Shown piece by piece: positions 1 through 10,594 of a DNA stretch of 64,000 bases. The stretch's first letter is position 1. Each line of letters begins with the position of its first letter. This stretch comes from Octopus vulgaris. Lineage: Eukaryota. The translations under genes and the position numbers were made by a program. The notes under the pieces were generated by a model that was given only the letters and a program-made list of their open reading frames with translations, was not told where the DNA came from and ran no database searches. The stretch spans positions 110,856,001 through 110,920,000 of the forward strand of contig OX597814.1 of NCBI GenBank assembly GCA_951406725.2. The letters run 5' to 3'.

Positions 1-469
1 CTCCCTAGATCTAAACTAGTATTGGCAGAGAAAAATACACCACTACCTGCATTGCACTTCTCTATCAATTTCATCATATTATTAATTCAATTAAATTAAT
101 TAGAGATCTTTCCAGTTCTGTATTATATTGAACTAAAAGGAGGGAACAAGATGGGGCGATTGCTTTGGTATCTTTTTTTTTTCCCTTAACTTTTGTATTT
201 ATAACAACTACTGCTATTTAATCAATAATGTGCATGCATTCCCCCATTCTCTCTCTTTTTAATGTTCTCTCTCTTTCTCTCTTCCCCCTCTCTCTTTCTC
301 TCTTCCCATCTCTCTCTTCCCCCCTCACTTTCTCCCTCTCTCATGTTTTGCTAATTTCGTATTTCACTGCTCACTAAATCCTATCTATATGTTGCATGTG
401 TAATACTTACACACACACACACACACACATCTATGATCTTGTAAGTGTGAATATTTCTGATGCAGAGCA

Positions 470-542
<73 letters not shown>

Positions 543-785
543 GATATGAAAACATAAATGATAAATGAAGGGGCCATAAGATTTCTTTATTCATTTACTT
601 ATTTATTCATTATATATTTTAGCCATGTATATAATAGCCATAGAATTCTACAACTTATACTTTGGCAAATCAAAGTTCCTTTTAGGAAAGTTCAGATTTC
701 TCTAATTTCTTTGACTATGCCATTGCCTTATTTTGAGATCTGAGAAGTCATTTGACTCACAAGGTTGCTCAAGATGCCAATCTAA

Positions 786-822
<37 letters not shown>

Positions 823-1428
823 CATACCCACACACAGTATAATATTTGTGTAAAATACGACTGAAAAAAAAAAGACTGTCCTTCTCACCTTTTTTTCTTC
901 TTCTTTATACTGCTTATGATAAGAATTATTCATTTCTGTTTCATCTGTTTTCTTAATTTGTACTTTCTGAAATGCAATATTGATCTTATATTATTGATCA
1001 CGTGAACCAAAGTGGATTGGAACTGATGGCCATATTAATCTTGCTAGAGTGTATGCCTTTTGCTATGAGATTTTTTAAAAATATTTCTTTTCACTACATT
1101 CCCCACCCTCTCCTTTTACATACCCCCAAAACTCTTCACCTACCCCGGAACCTTTCCTTTTCCTCTCTATACATTTGTGTGGAAGCTATTTAGAAATGAA
1201 CAAATTTTGAGAATCATGTTCTTCTATGAAGAAAAGGACTGGATTTCCTTTCTTCTGTTTTTTTCTGTTTTTCCTTTTTTTGTTGCCAAAATTGTTTTGA
1301 ACAGCTACACTGTAGCAGGTGTGTTGGCCATTTAAACACCTACACACTTGTTACCTTGTTCAATTAAACACACACATGCACTCACACAGGCATTTTTTTT
1401 TTTTTTTTTTTGATAATTGTTTTTAGGC

Positions 1429-2063
1429 CAGTGGTTCTCAACCATTCTTTACTCATGGACCCCTTAGGTTTGTCTTTTACTCAAATGGACCCTCATAACC
1501 ATTCCATACTTTAAAAAATCCTATAGTAATTTTGTAATTAAATATCATTAGGAATTATTAGGAATTGTATTAAAAAAAATTAAAATATTTTTATAGGCGC
1601 AGGAGTGGCTGTGTGGTAAGAACCTTGCTTCCCAACCACATGGTTCTGGGTTCAGTCCCACTTTGGGCAAGTGTCTTCTACTATAGCCTCAGGCTGACCA
1701 AAGCCTTATGAGTGGATTTGGTAGATGGAAACTGAAAGAAGCTCGTTGTATATATATATGTATGTATTTGTTATTTGTGTCAGTGTGTGTCACCCCCGCC
1801 ATCGCTTGACAACTGATGTTGGTGTGTTTACGTCCCTATCACTTAGCAGTTTGGCAAAAAGAGACTGATAGAATAAATACTAGGTTTACAAAAGAATAAG
1901 TCCTGGGGTCAATTTGTTCGCGTAAAGGTGGTGCTCCAATCTGACCACAGTCAAATGACTGAAACCAGCAAAAGAATAAAAGAAAATTATAGATACAGAA
2001 GTAATTTATTGCGCATAATTTTTAACAACATTATTTTATATGGACCCCGGTTAAGAACCATTG
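1429..2063. mobile_element. hAT-type MITE interrupted by a SINE
   Basis: Terminal inverted repeats (TIRs) CAGTGGTTCTCAACC ... GGTTAAGAACCATTG. No clean 8-bp TSD. A related partial copy starts at ~5860. Confidence 0.65.
1596..1986 (+). mobile_element. tRNA-derived SINE, family A
   Basis: A-box-like TGGCTGTGTGG, B-box-like GGTTCAGTCCC, internal (TA/TG)n and a TAAAAGA-type tail. About a dozen copies in the window. Confidence 0.85.
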
Positions 2064-2310
2064 TTTTTGATGCTAATGCAGTTGTGAGCAGACGTAGATC
2101 CCCCTTTGACCTTCTTACTCCTGACCAAATGGAATAATGAGTAGTGCCTTCCTTATCCGAGGACACCATGCACCACCGATTCCAGGGACTAAACCTACAA
2201 ACCTCATGATTATCAACATGAACTGAACACCACTGTGTCTCCTACCTTTCACATTTAGCCAGAGTATAGTACAAACTACCATGTCATACTCACCTGGTGA
2301 TGATTAAGCT

Positions 2311-2362
<52 letters not shown>

Positions 2363-2532
2363 CTTGCATCCATCTCAAAATACAGATACACTCCTATATG
2401 TGTACCCCCACACACCTGCCTTTTTCCTCCCTTCTTTACTCCCCCTTAAGAAGTGCATTTGCACCTGGCCCCTGACCCTCGTCCAGTTGTTTTCTTCTTT
2501 CACATCCCTTCTTCATTCTTCTTTTATACTTT

Positions 2533-2568
2533 TCTTCTGGTGAAGGACTAGCATCTGAAACATTAAGA
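2533..2568 (+). ncRNA. Decayed minimal type-I hammerhead ribozyme motif (Penelope-type)
   Basis: TCTT-CTGGTGA-A-GGA(ctagca)TCT-GAAAC-ATT-AAGA. Stem I is TCTT/AAGA and stem II is GGA/TCT. The core deviates from CUGAUGA...GAAAC-GUU by transitions. Confidence 0.45.
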
Positions 2569-2772
2569 CTCTTTCCCTTCCTTTTATAAACATTAAATTA
2601 ATACAGTATTTATTAAAATTTGTCCTGTTTTCCTTTTGTTTTTGTCCGTTGCCTTCACAACACACGCACATGCACTCAAACATGTTGACAGATATGGATG
2701 TTTCGAAATGGTATTTATATTTAATAATTACTCATTTGTCTTAGGTGTCAAGCAATATGAATATTTGCATGT

Positions 2773-3153
2773 AGGTGCAGGCGTGGCTATGTGTGTAAGA
2801 AGTTTGCTTTCCAACCACATCATTCCAGGTTCAGTCCAACTGTGTGGTACCTTGGGCAAGTGTCTCCTATTATTGCTCTGTGCCAATCAAAGCCTCGTGA
2901 GTCGATTTGATAGATGGAAACTGAAAGAAACCTGTCGTATGTATGTACATGGTGTGTGTGTGTCCGTCCCTACCACTACTTAACAACTGGTGCTGGTGTT
3001 TACATCCCTGTAACTTAGCAATTTGGCAAAAGTGACCAATAAAATAAGTGCTAGGCTTTAAAAAAAAAAAGTTCTGGAGTTGATTCATTCAACTAAAAAT
3101 TTTTCAATGGGGTGCTCCAGCATGACTGCAGTCTGGTGATTGAGACAAGTAAA
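2773..3153 (+). mobile_element. tRNA-derived SINE, family A
   Basis: Same head, body and tail as 1596-1986. Confidence 0.8.
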
Positions 3154-3225
3154 ATTTAACTGTAAATGATGTCAAAAATGTTATTTTGCCAGGCAAGATT
3201 CTTCATTATAGTGAAACCTAACATT

Positions 3226-3651
3226 ATTTACATTTGACGGATATTTGTCCTCATCTTGTTTGTTGTTAACACAATGTTTCAGTTGATATACCCTCCAGCC
3301 TTCATCAGGTGTCTTGGAGAAATTTCAAACCCGGGTTCTTATTCCTGAGGTATCTTTCGATGTTATATGCCCATGGGCATATGGTGTAGTGGTTAAGAAT
3401 ACGGACTAGTAACCCCAAGGTTCCGAGTTCAATTCTAGGCAGTGACCTGAATAATAATAATAATGATAATGATAATGAAAAATACCTTAGGAATAAGAAC
3501 CCAGGTTCAAAATTTCCCCAAGACACCTGATGAAAACTGGAGGGTATATCTGCCGAAACGTGTTAACAACAAACAAGATGAGGACAAATATCCGTCAAAT
3601 GTAAATAATGTAGATAATGTACATAATTCCTCATCTCTTAGATATAGAACT
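3226..3651. mobile_element. Fold-back non-autonomous retroposon: inverted Penelope pLTR-like arms with hammerhead motifs around a tRNA-like head
   Basis: Arms ~3226-3360 and ~3478-3611 are reverse complements, each with CTGATGA...GAAAC. The centre (3375-3449) has A and B boxes followed by (AAT)n. The 15-bp direct repeat GTGAAACCTAACATT flanks it at 3211-3225 and 3652-3666. Confidence 0.75.
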
Positions 3652-3769
3652 GTGAAACCTAACATTTGGGACACTTTTTTTGAGATCTCTGAGTGACTAT
3701 TGGTTGTGATTAAAGGGGTATGTTGCAATGATGGGTTCTTGATATGAATTACATTTGTGTATTTTGTTG

Positions 3770-4145
3770 TAGTTCAAAGCGACTAGACCGACACATCCCC
3801 ATTAGGGGATACTTTCAAGGTGTGGGGTATGGTATGTGGTGTCCTATGTTGTGAGTGGATGACACACGGCTGGGGAATGTCAAGGAGGAATGAAGGGTTG
3901 TGTCATCTGTGTGAGAAGGGGTTTTGTAGGATGTAGTGATAAGTCATTGTATAGAAGGAAGAGAGTGGGTGGGGTGGTGCAAAATCAGACCTTGGGACAC
4001 ACCAGAGTTGATAGAATGAGAATCAGAGCTCCATCAGCAATCAGTGGTCTGCTCTGGTCTACTGGACCAAGAAATGAGAGAGATGACGCCTATAGACAGA
4101 CACTTTCAAAAGATTTACAGGCCAGTCACTGTCAAAAGCTCCATA
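3770..4145 (-). pseudogene. Decayed CR1/Jockey-group LINE RT fragment
   Basis: Minus-strand remnants across frames: AFDSDW, DSHSINSGVSQG, PTLFLLY/NDL, DDTTLHSS. Confidence 0.6.
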
Positions 4146-5389
4146 CCCTCTCTCTCTCTCTCTCATGCACAGCTCCACTCTCTCCTTCTCTCTGGTTCTG
4201 TTCCCAGTAAATCTTTTCTAAAACAACAAATCTCAACTATTTGTTGTGAAAAGTAAAAATGAGAAAAATAAAAGTAGAGAGAGAGTGTGTGTGTGTGTTA
4301 TCGCCAGAAATCTCCTATATTCCTGGTATTTCCCTCAGTCTGTCTGTATTCTAGCATCAGGGTTGGTTATTCTTAGATTTAATGCTCTTGCACACAGGCC
4401 TCATCCATGTACACACAGATAGTAGCCTTAACACACACACACACACACAGTGCTACAGTTATCAATGCATATACATGCACCCACACAGATACCTCAGTCT
4501 ATGTACACTCACACATACAATCACTGAACACACACTCACAGGTATAAGCCTCGTTCAATGTTCACTCATCCTCATACATAAGTACACACACTCACTCACA
4601 TATACACTACCTCACTTTCTCTTTCTGATAACACACACTCCCTCATTCACACTCCCCCTCCCCCCTCTCTCAAACACTCACATATAGACACCGCAATGTT
4701 TGTATGCTTACACACAGGCATAGACTTCATTGTATGTACACTCATTCAGACACATGCACTTGCTTGCACACACACACACACACACACACACACTCTCTCT
4801 CTCTCTCTCTCCCCCCCCCCCCATACACAAACACTCAGATGTACAAATTTCGAAATATTTTCTATCTTGTATATTATTTAGCTTTATATTTCTCTGGATG
4901 TTTGTCAAGATTATCATAATGAGTCTTAGGAATATTGGTAAGAAGAATAACACACACACACACACACACATAGAATCTGCTGAGATTTGTTGTGAATAGA
5001 ACTGATTGTGGTGTTAATATAATGACTCTACTTAACGAATTGATCTGTTTTAGATTGCATTTCAGCCACTTGGTGGTTAAATATCTATTTTATCAGTTCT
5101 CGCGGCTCCTCCCCGCCTCATCATCATCCGACTGTACAGTCATGCATATGGAATGCAGATAACTTTCAACCAGCTCTTGTGAAAACTCCATCCTTCCTCT
5201 CCCCTGCTTCTCTTCCCCCTCGTCCTTCATTTTGTCTGGTTGCCTGTTGTCCCCTCTCTCACTAATCCCCCCACCTATCTCACTCATAAGCTCGTTACAG
5301 TTTGTGTTCTTTTTGTGATTAACACCTGTTTCTTTATATTTAATGATTATCATGGTTAATTTTAATAAGATGGTTATGTGTGTGTGTTT

Positions 5390-5399
5390 CTAAATATAC

Positions 5400-5480
<81 letters not shown>

Positions 5481-5481
5481 C

Positions 5482-5532
<51 letters not shown>

Positions 5533-5550
5533 CATGTGTGTGTGTATATA
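5390..5550. repeat. (TA)n/(TG)n microsatellite
   Basis: Seen directly; source of the YIYI ORFs. Confidence 0.95.
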
Positions 5551-5574
5551 GTAATAGTTTCATGTTAAACAGAC

Positions 5575-5860
5575 TGATCTCTTGTAAATTCCAAAGAAAG
5601 ACCAGTATTGTAATTGATAGCTACATGATTGAAATAGTCATTAACAATATGAAGGCAGAGAAAGCAGTAGGATCACCAGATGGCCCCGGTGATGCTGAAA
5701 ATATTTAGTAAATTCAGGGACATACGAGTCACTGGCATAGTCAATCAGGGAATACAGGATGGAGTTAATCTCAGTGACTGATGCCACAGTGGTATCATCA
5801 ACTGCTATGAAAGAGTATGTCCTAGAAACACCTACTGTGCATCAAACTGATGGACTAGTC
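5575..5860 (+). pseudogene. Decayed RTE-clade LINE RT fragment
   Basis: [12 protein letters not shown] (cf. MKxGKAxGPxG), then VTGIVNQGIQDG...D*CHSGIINCY (cf. IPxDW...IVxxYK). Confidence 0.55.
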
Positions 5861-6835
5861 CAGTGATTCTTAACCATTTGTTGCCTATGGGTCTCTTTGG
5901 TTCTTGTTTTACTTGGGTGGATCCTCATAGCCATTCAATATTTTAAAAAACCTATTTTTGTAATTAAATATTATTAGGGATTTTATAAAAATACTTAAAA
6001 TATTTTGTGTATAGTAAAAGTATAACCAATTTACTGCACATAAATTTTAACAAAAATTCTTATATAGACATCCCCCCTCCCCATAACTGACAAAGTGCCA
6101 GGCTCCTGGTGAAGGAGATATCAGTCGTGAACATCTCATTTTATTTTCAAACGTGGTGTATCTAGAACTTTATTACTGAGATGTTTTACCTCTTGAAGAT
6201 AGTTGGGTGTGATTTGAGGGAGATTGGCTGTTATTATTAGTACATTGACTGTGTAGTGGCTCTCTTGTAGTGCATATCACAATCATGTACTTTCAAGTCA
6301 GCTCTGACCAAACAGGTCCATCAAAGACAAACGACCAAGATTATCCTCTTCTTTTTTTCTGTAGCAGTGGTATATTTTGGGTTACATCATACAAACCATA
6401 CTTTTTTAAGATGGTATAGTATAGTTTGAGAGAGATTTAGCTGCTATTTCCAGCAAATCAAGCAACAGCATTTATGTATCAGTATTTTCATGCATCAGTT
6501 CAAATGTGTCGTACAAGTCTTCCATGAAATTCTTGTATGAAGTATGTTAATTTAGATACACTAACATATGCTAATATATGTTAATGTATGTGTATTTAAT
6601 ATTTTTTACATGATGAAAGGATTTAATATAAAGAAAATTAAGTAAACATTATGTTACTGAGACTTGAGTCTGGTTTCACCAAACATTTTAGTTTGAAGTT
6701 AAATGTGGAACAGGAGAGAATTCTTCAAATTTGAATCAGTCAGTTGTGACTTCATTTAGGATTTTATCAGCTTCTTGGATTAAAATGTTTTTTTTTTGTC
6801 TTTTTCTTCTTACATCTGTAAGTTATTCTAAAATG

Positions 6836-7611
6836 ATAGAAACAGAAGATCCTGCAGAAAAAGACCAAACTTCCCACGAAAAGAAACAGATCCAGAGCAA
6901 ATGCTCAAATGAAGAAAGGCCAGTATGTATCCATTACAGGCGCAACAAGTGCAAACATGGTCTTTCAGGTACAGGGTGCATGTACAGTCACCCCAAACCA
7001 TGCAGACCATATATCAACTTCGGTACTGATCGAAAAAAAGGATGCCAAAATGGCCGAGAATGTGAACTCCTTCACCCAAAGATGTGCCGCAATTCGCTGA
7101 GAAAAAAGAATGTTTTGGTGAGAATTGCAAATTTATGTACCGGAAGGGTACAATTCGCATAAAAACTACTGAACCCACACCACCAGGACCAAGCTCAGCA
7201 GGGTATGAAAACCATTTCCCAAAAATGCGGAAACCAGGTCATGGCTCAGCAGGGTATGAAAACCATTTCCCAAAAATGCGGAACCCAGGTCATGGCTCAA
7301 CAGTGAATGAAAATCATGCTACTCAATTGCATACATCAGCTGTAACAAACCCAAACTCGCAGAAATTCGATATAGTAATGAATGAAAGCAGTTTTTTAGG
7401 CATAATCTACCACCTACAACAACAGCTGTACTCCATACAGACGACTCAGCAAAACCAGGCAACATTGATACAAAGGCTGACACCTGGACTTACAGGGCAC
7501 ATACAACAAATACAGACAGCCCAGCAGACCGAATATCCAGTCAGCACAGTCCCAGCAACTACAACAGTCTTGCCAACAATAGGGCAGATGTATCCGGTAC
7601 AACAAGCATAA
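6836..7611 (+). CDS. LINE ORF1 (N-terminally truncated): three CCCH zinc fingers and a Q-rich C-terminus; frameshifted at ~7102-7107
   Basis: Fingers are C-x7-C-x8-C-x3-H, C-x13-C-x5-C-x3-H and, across the A6 run, C-x8-C-x4-C-x3-Y. Joins track ORFs 6731-7162 and 7084-7611. Confidence 0.8.
7193..7317 (+). repeat. 51-bp in-frame tandem repeat in ORF1 (SAGYENHFPKMRxPGHG, about 2.4 copies)
   Basis: Units start at 7193, 7244 and 7295. Confidence 0.95.
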
Positions 7612-8489
7612 TAACAGCAAATATCCAGGGTCTTTATCCGAAAACAAAACAGTGTAAAGTCCCTTTCTTGGAAGAATTAGCAAGAGAAAACAACTCCAAA
7701 ATAATTGGAATTACTGAAAGTCATCTCAACGAAAACATCCGCAACAGCGAAATCACAATCAATAGATTCAACATCTTCAGATGTGATAGACAAGGCAGAT
7801 CCCATGGGGGCGTTATCATGTACATCCATGATACCTATGCATGCATAGAACTTGTCAATGAATCAAATGCCTACTGCAACCTGCTGTGCATAAAAATCAT
7901 CCAACTTAATACAGTTGTAACAATAATGTACAGACTGCCAAACAGCCCAACATTATCCTTCACTGAGCCACTGACGAAGCTCCAACAAATTCTGGGAAAC
8001 ATGGCAAGTCCAATGCCAGACATTATCCTCCTTGGTGACTTCAACTTCCCTAACATCATCTGGCCACATGGACACATACTAAAACTGGGGACAAAAGCTG
8101 AACAAATACAGGCAGCCAAACTGTTGGAAGTCACAGAGAAATTATACCTCAAACAAATGATGACAGAAGCAACAAGAAATAATAATACGATCGACTTGGT
8201 TTTCACCAACAACGAGGACACGCTATTTGACCTTCACTCAACCCCAACAATCCTTTCAGACCACAATATTATTGAAATGCATTTACACATTGGTAATGAG
8301 CCCAATGCCACAACTCTTAAACAAAAGGACATGCCAAAGCTATGCAGGTATGATTATCACCAGGCAAATTGGGAAACTATTAACAACCAGTTACAAATCA
8401 TTGACTGGGATCTCTACCTTACTGGGCCAGATAAACACAAGAAATTCTTAAACAAGATCGAAGAAATATGTGAAAAAATGTTCCTCTAA
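7386..8489 (+). CDS. LINE ORF2, apurinic-like endonuclease (APE) domain
   Basis: Motifs SIITANIQGL, GITESHL, RCDR..GGV, YRLP, LLGDFNFP, IDLVFTN and LSDHNII. The frame is open from 7386 and the first ATG is at 7818. A one-base loss in the A run at ~8473-8478 separates it from the next segment. Confidence 0.9.
   Translation, partial: KQFFRHNLPPTTTAVLHTDDSAKPGNIDTKADTWTYRAHTTNTDSPADRISSQHSPSNYNSLANNRADVSGTTSIITANIQGLYPKTKQCKVPFLEELARENNSKIIGITESHLNENIRNSEITINRFNIFRCDRQGRSHGGVIMYIHDTYACIELVNESNAYCNLLCIKIIQLNTVVTIMYRLPNSPTLSFTEPLTKLQQILGNMASPMPDIILLGDFNFPNIIWPHGHILKLGTKAEQIQAAKLLEVTEKLYLKQMMTEATRNNNTIDLVFTNNEDTLFDLHSTPTILSDHNIIEMHLHIGNEPNATTLKQKDMPKLCRYDYHQANWETINNQLQIIDWDLYLTGPDKHKKFLNKIEEICEKMFL
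7392..7398 (+). promoter_or_regulatory. Candidate -1 ribosomal frameshift slippery heptamer U-UUU-UUA
   Basis: Phased X-XXY-YYZ in the ORF1 frame (AGT TTT TTA GGC). The -1 frame has TGA at 7383-7385 and is then open into the APE domain. Confidence 0.6.
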
Positions 8490-8539
8490 AGAAAACCAAG
8501 TCCACAAAAAAACCTGTACCACGGGAGCGAAAGATCCTG

Positions 8540-9070
8540 ATGCGCAAAAGGTCAAGACTAAGAAACAAAACATCTAAGCTGACATCAAAACATGAATTAC
8601 AGAAAGTCCTTGACCAAATATACAGATTAGAAGACAATCTAAAACAACACTATGATGAAGAACGTAACAATGCAGAAAAGAGAGCCATAGAAAACATCAA
8701 GAAAAATCCAAAATGTTTCTACAGTTTTGCAAAGAAATACTCGAACACCAAGTCAACAATAGGACCTCTCCAGAGACAAAATGGGGATGTAGTGAATAAC
8801 CCTATTGAAATGGCAGAAATGTTGGGTCAACAGTATGAAAGTGTCTTCAGTGAGCCATCTAAAACCATGAAGATCCATGACCCAGGAAAATTCTTCAAGG
8901 ATATCGACCATACTAAACCTACCCTATCCGACATTGATTTCAACCCAGAAGACATAGCAAGAGCCATAGACAAGCTCTCCATGCACTCGGCTGCGGGGCC
9001 TGACGGTTTCAATGCCATGATACTTAAAAACTGCAAGGTACAATTGTCGAAACCCCTTTACATGATATAG
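8540..9070 (+). CDS. LINE ORF2 linker/Z region (continues in frame through TAG at 9068-9070)
   Basis: NIKKNPKCFYSFAK and SAAGPDG...LK motifs. Same frame as 9080-10594. Confidence 0.85.
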   Translation: MRKRSRLRNKTSKLTSKHELQKVLDQIYRLEDNLKQHYDEERNNAEKRAIENIKKNPKCFYSFAKKYSNTKSTIGPLQRQNGDVVNNPIEMAEMLGQQYESVFSEPSKTMKIHDPGKFFKDIDHTKPTLSDIDFNPEDIARAIDKLSMHSAAGPDGFNAMILKNCKVQLSKPLYMI

Positions 9071-9079
9071 AGGGAATCT

Positions 9080-10594
9080 ATGGAGAATGGCAAAATACCA
9101 AATACATATAAAGAAGCACACATAACTCCAATACATAAAGGGGACAGCAAATCAAAACCAAAGAACTACCGACCAATCTCACTGACATCACACATTATCA
9201 AGGTCTTCGAAAGAATAGTTCGTGGAAAACTGGTTGAGTTCCTGGAATCCAACAATCTGATGAATTGCAACCAGCATGGATTCAGGTTAGGTAGATCATG
9301 CCTTTCCCAACTACTGGCACACCATGACCAAATCCTAGAAAATCTAGAGAATGGATACAACACAGATGTTATCTACCTCGACTTTGCCAAGGCATTTGAC
9401 AAGGTAGATCATGGCATCCTGGGTCACAAACTTCGAAAGCTAGGAGTAGGAGGAAAAGTTGGTACATGGATACATGAGTTCCTTACAAATAGAACTCAAA
9501 CAGTCACTGTGAATGGAACCCATTCAACACCATCACCTGTGACCAGCAGTGTTCCTCAGGGTACAGTACTCGGCCCAATCCTGTTTCTCATCCTCATCTC
9601 TGACATAGATGAAGATACAACCAGCAACGTCTCATCCTTTGCTGATGACACCAGGGTCATGAGACAAATCAAAGACGAGGTGGATACAGAGGCCTTACAA
9701 AAGGACCTGACCACCATATATAAATGGCAGGAAACAAACAACATGTTGTTCAATGATAAGAAGTTTGAACTAATTCGCTACGGAACAGATCAAGATCTGA
9801 AAAATACAACAAACTACAGAAACCCATCAGGACAACAAATAATGGAAAAAAAGTATGTGAAAGATTTAGGCATCCACATGGGAACCAACCTAAAATTCAG
9901 AGAACACCTTGACTCAGTCTGTCTTACTGCAAGAAAGTACAGCGGGTGGATCTTGCGCACCTTCAAATCAAGAGATACCTCAACAATGAAAACCCTCTGG
10001 AACAGTATGATACTTCCGAGGATTGACTACTGTTCTCAGTTGTGGTCACCAACAACAAAGGGCCAACTATCTAAGATAGAATCGCTCCAAAGAAATTTTA
10101 CCTCATACTTCTCAGAAACGAGGGACCTGGACTATTGGCAAAGACTCAAAACCTTGAGGATGTACTCAATAGAAAGATTTGAGCGATACCGAATTATATA
10201 CATTTGGAAAATGATAGAGCAGAAGGTGCCAAACTTTGGTATCAAAACCTACCACTCACTGCGCCACGGAAGACGCTGCCAGCTGCCACCAATCAACAAA
10301 AAGGCTGGCCAGGCAGCAAAAACCCTGCGAGAATCAAGTCTGTTGGTTCGAGGAGCACAACTGTTCAACTCCATTCCGGTACATGTCAGAAATCTATCAG
10401 GATGCAGTGTGGAATCGTTCAAATTGCAACTGGATAGATACTTAAGCACCATTAGAGATGAACCCCATCTCCCAGGATATACACAACGAGCACAAACTGA
10501 CTCAAACTCGCTCCTACACATGTCAAAATTAAGCAGAGAATACAACCTGGCAACCACACCAGACTCTGAGGGTGGAGTCTTCGACTTGGCCTGA
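9080..10594 (+). CDS. LINE ORF2 reverse transcriptase and C-terminal domain
   Basis: NYRPISLTS, QHGFR.GRSC, YLDFAKAFDKVDH, VPQGTVLGPILF, FADDT, KDLG, DYCSQLWSP, LFNSIP. Confidence 0.97.
   Translation: MENGKIPNTYKEAHITPIHKGDSKSKPKNYRPISLTSHIIKVFERIVRGKLVEFLESNNLMNCNQHGFRLGRSCLSQLLAHHDQILENLENGYNTDVIYLDFAKAFDKVDHGILGHKLRKLGVGGKVGTWIHEFLTNRTQTVTVNGTHSTPSPVTSSVPQGTVLGPILFLILISDIDEDTTSNVSSFADDTRVMRQIKDEVDTEALQKDLTTIYKWQETNNMLFNDKKFELIRYGTDQDLKNTTNYRNPSGQQIMEKKYVKDLGIHMGTNLKFREHLDSVCLTARKYSGWILRTFKSRDTSTMKTLWNSMILPRIDYCSQLWSPTTKGQLSKIESLQRNFTSYFSETRDLDYWQRLKTLRMYSIERFERYRIIYIWKMIEQKVPNFGIKTYHSLRHGRRCQLPPINKKAGQAAKTLRESSLLVRGAQLFNSIPVHVRNLSGCSVESFKLQLDRYLSTIRDEPHLPGYTQRAQTDSNSLLHMSKLSREYNLATTPDSEGGVFDLA

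Noticed and set aside
3375-3449. Possible tRNA gene
   Set aside because: Has A and B boxes but no paired acceptor stem; it is a retroposon head. The same applies to the heads near 32060-32125 and 58990-59063.
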